Origin: an archaeon
Lineage (GTDB): Archaea > Nanobdellota > Nanobdellia > Woesearchaeales > GW2011-AR9
Direction: 5' to 3'
DNA: 64,000 nucleotides
Assembly: GCA_018697095.1 (NCBI GenBank)
Contig: JABHSG010000003.1
Coordinates: forward strand, 356,839 to 420,838
Of the stretch, positions 59,133 through 64,000 are shown piece by piece. The notes under the pieces were generated by a model. It was not told the DNA's origin. It ran no database searches and saw nothing but the letters and a program-made list of their open reading frames with translations. The translations under genes and the position numbers were made by a program. Every line of letters starts with the position of its first letter. The stretch's first letter is position 1.

Positions 59133-60269
59133 ATGGACATGGATACTATAGTAATTATTGCAATTGTTATTTTTCACATTGCTGCATTTTTAATGCTTTA
59201 TTCTATTTATCTTTTCATAAAACATGCTCAAAAAAAACATAAAGAGCAAGGACTTTTTAACGAATTAGCAACTGCCCCATTACCAAAAGTAACAAAACCA
59301 GACATCAAAAAACAATTAGAAGAATCAAACTTAGACCTGAAAAAAGAATTAGATGATATTCCAGATCTTTCTCATACAATTATTGATTCCGCGCTAAATG
59401 CTAAGTTTATTGAAGAAGAGAAATCTTTACCAATAAAAAAATCAAAATTGTTCAGTAAAAATTCTCGTTCACCACCTCCACGCGCAGTGCACGTCTCAAA
59501 AAATCACGATGAAGCACGTGAAGCTATGCAAAAGGCCAAAGAAGTTCTAAAACACTGGGAAGATGAAGAGCATTTAGTAAACTACAACGGAGAGTTAGAC
59601 CATATCGAAGAGCAATTAACTAAATTTTATTCAGATGAAAAAGTACTTTATCAAAAAAAATTAGCTAAAAAAAGAAAACAAGAAACAAAAGAAAACCTAA
59701 ACGAAATCCAAAGACAAGAAATCCAAGACAAAGTTCCAACAAAGCATCTTAAATCAATTCATCAAGAGATATATGAAGACGAACTGCGCTGGGTCCTTAA
59801 AAGACTTCATACGCAAACAAAAGATCATTTGCAATCTAAAAAAGATCAACATTACGATGCAAGGATGCAAGAAATTGAAGACAAAATTGAAAATTTAATG
59901 GGTGAGCGCAAATTCACAAAAAGATCTGCTAATGATAATAATGCAATCCCAAATCATGTTGCTAAGTTCAAAGAAGGCGTAGAAAACGACTTTGACAGCT
60001 TTCACCAAAGTTTAACTAGTCAGCAAAGCAAACCAAAAAAGTCATTTTTGCAAAAGTTAAACCCTTTCAAAAAACCTCAAGAAGAATTTCTAAGTGAAGA
60101 GCAAATTGAGCAAAGAGCAGTAGATTTGGTAAAGAGCATATCTTCTAAAATTGAGGGTGACAACCCAATTCCAGTCCCAGACATCTCAACTATCAGTAAA
60201 CGTTTAATTACAGTCCACAAGCAAATTTGGGGGGATAATAGTAATCCATACAATTCTAAACAAGATTAA
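59133..60269 (+). CDS. hypothetical protein, N-terminal membrane anchor, charged coiled-coil-like
   Basis: TM at residues 6-29; AGGTG RBS. Confidence 0.75.
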   Translation: MDMDTIVIIAIVIFHIAAFLMLYSIYLFIKHAQKKHKEQGLFNELATAPLPKVTKPDIKKQLEESNLDLKKELDDIPDLSHTIIDSALNAKFIEEEKSLPIKKSKLFSKNSRSPPPRAVHVSKNHDEAREAMQKAKEVLKHWEDEEHLVNYNGELDHIEEQLTKFYSDEKVLYQKKLAKKRKQETKENLNEIQRQEIQDKVPTKHLKSIHQEIYEDELRWVLKRLHTQTKDHLQSKKDQHYDARMQEIEDKIENLMGERKFTKRSANDNNAIPNHVAKFKEGVENDFDSFHQSLTSQQSKPKKSFLQKLNPFKKPQEEFLSEEQIEQRAVDLVKSISSKIEGDNPIPVPDISTISKRLITVHKQIWGDNSNPYNSKQD

Positions 60270-60338
60270 GAAAATAATTCTAAAAAATATAATTTAAGAA
60301 ATTAAATAATCAAAATAATATCAAAAAATCTACTAAAT

Positions 60339-60902
60339 TTATGCTGCAGGAGAATCGTTAGAGATTTTAACTCCTTCTGCAATTGCTGTAGTTCTAATTT
60401 TACAAGTGCAAGGGAACTTAGCGGATGCTCGCTTCAAAGCTTCTTTAGCAACAGCAATGTGTTTTTTATCAACACGTACCTCAATTAAGATCTGGTCTTT
60501 TCTAATCTGAGCAGCAGCACCAATGATCTTTCCAAAAGACTTCTTCATACCTGTACTCATCCTATCTGCTCCAGCTCCACTAGCTAGTGGGTTTTCACGA
60601 AGTACGTGGAATGGGTAAAATCTGATTTTTAGAAAATATCCACTTCTACCAAGGTTCTTTTCAAGATGTTTGTTAGAAGTTTGACGTGATGCTTCAATTG
60701 CATTATGACGAATTTGAAGTGGTTTTGTAGCATGTAAGGTTACTAATGTGTTAAAATCAGCGTGCTGATTTCCCATTTGGAACTTAACAACTCGTAAATT
60801 AGGGAATCCACCACGAATGAAGTTCTTTTTGTTAAACTTAGATTTACGGGTGTACGGACGCTCAAGTCCTCTATATCCAACGAATTTACGTAATCGTGCC
60901 AT
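60339..60902 (-). CDS. rpl10e: 50S ribosomal protein L10e (uL16)
   Basis: RPYTR, QIRHNAIEA.R, YPFHVLREN, GAGADR.STGM..SFGK. Confidence 0.96.
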   Translation of the reverse strand: MARLRKFVGYRGLERPYTRKSKFNKKNFIRGGFPNLRVVKFQMGNQHADFNTLVTLHATKPLQIRHNAIEASRQTSNKHLEKNLGRSGYFLKIRFYPFHVLRENPLASGAGADRMSTGMKKSFGKIIGAAAQIRKDQILIEVRVDKKHIAVAKEALKRASAKFPCTCKIRTTAIAEGVKISNDSPAA

Positions 60903-60968
60903 ATCTTCCTAGGCCAGCTGCCTATTTATAAAGCTTACGGCTAACTGCTGTAATATCAGAAATTTTGC

Positions 60969-62663
60969 CTAAACGTACTTACCAAGACCCAATTGCCCTT
61001 TACGTTTCCCATCCTTCACCTTATCAACTTTCTGACCAAGTTGTTCTTTGACATTCGCTGCCACTTTAGTCCCAAGTAGCTTTCCAAGACTTCCAGAATC
61101 ACTCTCTTTCAAATCACCAACATCCTTGATTCCATTAGAAAATAATAACCTTGCACGTTTACGTCCAATCCCTTTAAGTCGCAACAATGATAACAACTCT
61201 TCTCGAACCCCATTTTTAACACGTATTCGTAGCCGTACCAAATCCCTTTTCAACGATTTTAAACCAAGTACTTCACAAATTTCAATACAAGAATAAATTA
61301 ACCAATTAGCATTTTCAAGTTTGTAGCGTATCTCCCCAGGACGGATGTTAAACACCTCAAGGAGCTTATCTTCGCCAATTTCATTAATCCAAGCTTCAAA
61401 AAATCCAGCAGTTTTGATTGACTGCATAAATTCATCGTATTCTAAATCAAATTGGTCGGGCTCACTTTCGAGTAAAAATTCATAATTGTCAAGCAAAAAT
61501 CCCTGGACCATTTCTTGCTCCTTTACTTTAATCCGAAGTAGCGGTCGCATCTCAAGAGTATGACTAATCATTTGCAAATACGAAAATGCATTTACTTTAC
61601 CACTTTTCTTATCGCTAGAATCACTTCCATTACTATCTCGGCTAGTAGCTTCTTTCAAACGACCAATAAGTAGCGCAGCAGTTAATGGGTCAAGATACAA
61701 TTCAGCAATCCGTCTACCAATAGCAGTAACTCGTAGGGACCTATTACGTGCAGATCCATCTCCTAAATCCCCAGAAGATTCATCATCAACCAAAGAAAGG
61801 CCAGTTACAAAATCGCCAGTAGAAGACACACGTGCCTTATCACTCTCATCACTATCAACAAACACTTTTCCATCAACAAGCAAAAATTCCCACTCCCAAA
61901 GCAAACTAAGCATCTTTTGCATAATACTTTCAAGTTCTTCCATGTCACCATACTGTGCTGCCCAAAATGTTTTAGAAAAAAATGATCGCATAGAATTTTC
62001 ATCACGAATTAATCCAGAACTAATCAGAGATAGTAAATACATCCGTAGGACTGGCTCAACTGCCAATTTGGAATAAATCTCTTCAGGCTCTCCTAAAACG
62101 TACCTGTTATACACTTCATCCTTTTCACTTTCACTTTTAACAATCGCAATTGCTTCGCCAAATTTTTCATACTCAGGGCGACCCGCTCGTCCAGCCATTT
62201 GTAAATACTCAAGTACCGGAATCCAATTCATTCCAAAGCGACCACTATAACGTTTCAAAGATTTCAATATCACACGAAAAACAGGTAAACTAAGTCCAGC
62301 AGCCAATGTTGGCGTAGCACATATTACTTTGATTTTACCATTTCGAAATTCATCTTCAACTAAACTCTTTTGTTTAGAAGCAAGTCCAGAATGATGAAAC
62401 GCAATCCCTTTAGGAATCATCATAGCCAAGCGTTTACACTGTTTTGTAGGAGTTCCAACAGCCTTTAATGCGCTCTCGCGAAATTCCAAATGCTCATTAA
62501 CAAATGCAAAATCAGACTTAAATGAATAAGATCTTCCCTTTACAACGCAGCGCTTCGCAATATCCTCAGCAGTCTTTTCGGCGCTCGCTCTAGAACTACA
62601 AAACACAATAGCTTGTTTGCCAGCATTTATTGTTTCCAATGCCAAAGCAATAGTATCATCCAT
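60969..62663 (-). CDS. Hel308/Ski2-like helicase, C-terminal part only (RecA2, winged helix, ratchet, HhH)
   Basis: KQAIVFCSSR, GIAFHHSGL, ATPTLAAGL.LP, QMAGRAGRP, LYLDP, LKGIGRKRARLL; no Walker A or DExH motif. Confidence 0.9.
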   Translation of the reverse strand: MDDTIALALETINAGKQAIVFCSSRASAEKTAEDIAKRCVVKGRSYSFKSDFAFVNEHLEFRESALKAVGTPTKQCKRLAMMIPKGIAFHHSGLASKQKSLVEDEFRNGKIKVICATPTLAAGLSLPVFRVILKSLKRYSGRFGMNWIPVLEYLQMAGRAGRPEYEKFGEAIAIVKSESEKDEVYNRYVLGEPEEIYSKLAVEPVLRMYLLSLISSGLIRDENSMRSFFSKTFWAAQYGDMEELESIMQKMLSLLWEWEFLLVDGKVFVDSDESDKARVSSTGDFVTGLSLVDDESSGDLGDGSARNRSLRVTAIGRRIAELYLDPLTAALLIGRLKEATSRDSNGSDSSDKKSGKVNAFSYLQMISHTLEMRPLLRIKVKEQEMVQGFLLDNYEFLLESEPDQFDLEYDEFMQSIKTAGFFEAWINEIGEDKLLEVFNIRPGEIRYKLENANWLIYSCIEICEVLGLKSLKRDLVRLRIRVKNGVREELLSLLRLKGIGRKRARLLFSNGIKDVGDLKESDSGSLGKLLGTKVAANVKEQLGQKVDKVKDGKRKGQLGLGKYV

Positions 62664-62712
62664 TAATTATCACAAAAAATTCAAGAACATGTCAAGATAT
62701 AAGTGTTGTGCC

Positions 62713-63159
62713 CTATCCTCGCGGGCGATTTGGATTAAGGTATGAAAACCCAGTGATATAACAACGAGGAGTAAAAGGCATAATAGGTAATACATTACAT
62801 TCAAAAGAAACTCTTACTGGTATCTCATCAACAAAAAACATGCTTAAATCATCATAGCTGCATGGAAGTTGATTCATATCTTCATGATCAATTCTTAAAT
62901 GGTATGCTCTCATTTGCTGTGTAGAAAATTCTCTGACATCACCATTATTCACAACAGTAATTTGGTCTCCAAATCCAAATTTTGATTCTTCGAAAGAACT
63001 AATCTCTCCTTGAAAAACTCCTTTTGACATTGTTGTATCTGCTAATGAAGAATATACTCTATTGACACAAACGCCTAAAAATAAAGAAGAAGCTGTAATC
63101 GCAAGACCACTAACTACACCAGAATATATCGCACGAGACCCTTTATCTAGAAATGACAT
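62713..63159 (-). CDS. hypothetical protein with N-terminal TM helix
   Basis: About 148-aa ORF with one hydrophobic segment; TATA upstream. Confidence 0.7.
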   Translation of the reverse strand: MSFLDKGSRAIYSGVVSGLAITASSLFLGVCVNRVYSSLADTTMSKGVFQGEISSFEESKFGFGDQITVVNNGDVREFSTQQMRAYHLRIDHEDMNQLPCSYDDLSMFFVDEIPVRVSFECNVLPIMPFTPRCYITGFSYLNPNRPRG

Positions 63160-63238
63160 GGTATTCAAAAATGAACCTACTTTAAAAGAATTACTAAAAG
63201 AAAAACGAAAACAAAGAATTACATCTTTGTATACTAAC

Positions 63239-63874
63239 CTATCTTACAGGAGGTAAAGGTGAATTTCCTTCTGTCACTTCATTATCGCTCATTATTCCTC
63301 TTGGTGAAGGTACTTCAATAACATATTTTCTTACTATCGGAACAGTAGGATGACCTCTTGTGCAAGCAACCAAATCTCTTACTCTTTTTTTTCTTGCAGC
63401 AAGAACATCTCTTGCAACAGAATCAATTGTTTCTTTACCTTCAATAAGTTTTGCAAATCTATTGACTCTATAACTCAAAGCATCATAAACCCTTCTGTCA
63501 GAGATATCATGATCAATTAACCCTGGTCCGTAAGATAAACTAACATCAACAATAACGCTATAAACTTCACTAAGAGTCATCTCTTTTGAAGAGACTAAAT
63601 ATTTTGCTAGGGCAACAAAACCCCCTGTGGCATCCTGTATCGACAAATCGTATGGCACTGAAAAGTTGCCTCCAAGCACTCCAATCTCATTAGCAACTCG
63701 TGTAGTAGAATACGGGGCCTTAGAAGTTCTATCTGTATGGCTTAAAACAAACAAATCTTTTAAAAATCCCTGGATTAAAGCAGATTTTTTTGCATCAGCC
63801 CCTGGGAGATCTAAACTATCTCTCATGTAAGCGCCAAATCGGATATCAAATTCAAGTAAAGTTTGTAAACTCAT
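63239..63874 (-). CDS. hypothetical protein
   Basis: 211-aa ORF with TATA (CTTTTAAG on minus strand) about 25 nt upstream. Confidence 0.7.
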   Translation of the reverse strand: MSLQTLLEFDIRFGAYMRDSLDLPGADAKKSALIQGFLKDLFVLSHTDRTSKAPYSTTRVANEIGVLGGNFSVPYDLSIQDATGGFVALAKYLVSSKEMTLSEVYSVIVDVSLSYGPGLIDHDISDRRVYDALSYRVNRFAKLIEGKETIDSVARDVLAARKKRVRDLVACTRGHPTVPIVRKYVIEVPSPRGIMSDNEVTEGNSPLPPVR

Positions 63875-64000
63875 TGAGGGACAATTTTTCTGCCCTTCCC
63901 TTAAAAAGATATCGATTTAACAAAACTAGAATTAAAACAGCATTCAAATTAACAAAGAAAAATAATGAAATAAAAACAAGAAAATAAACTCTAATCCTTC

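Overview
64 kb of an AT-rich archaeal chromosome, most consistent with a DPANN archaeon of the Woesearchaeota type. Markers seen: rps3ae, rps19e, rpl39e, rpl31e, rpl37e, rpl10e, Cbf5, SRP54, Lsm, NOG1, AMP phosphorylase, TrmB regulators, an intron-containing tRNA-Arg(TCG), and BRE/TATA promoters with mostly leaderless starts. Housekeeping genes alternate with many singleton orphan genes, many of them secreted or membrane-anchored. No CRISPR array, rRNA, integrase or transposase was recognised. Most notable observations: (1) two tandem, divergent M23-family (lysostaphin-type) metallopeptidases, one membrane-anchored behind a large cytoplasmic domain, plus a YadA-head adhesin, a clan-CD cysteine protease and a zincin, which together suggest a surface toolkit aimed at bacterial cells; (2) a head-to-head pair of tiny putative chromatin proteins, a CC1-like protein and a DUF5679 zinc ribbon; (3) a Hel308 helicase gene lacking its whole first RecA domain; (4) a class II LysRS fused to a DUF2000/PTH2-like domain and an apparently chimeric AspRS; (5) a DnaA/DnaC-like ATPase with a large insertion; (6) several candidate structured RNAs and operators. 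All family assignments come from motif recognition by eye and memory; no database searches were run.
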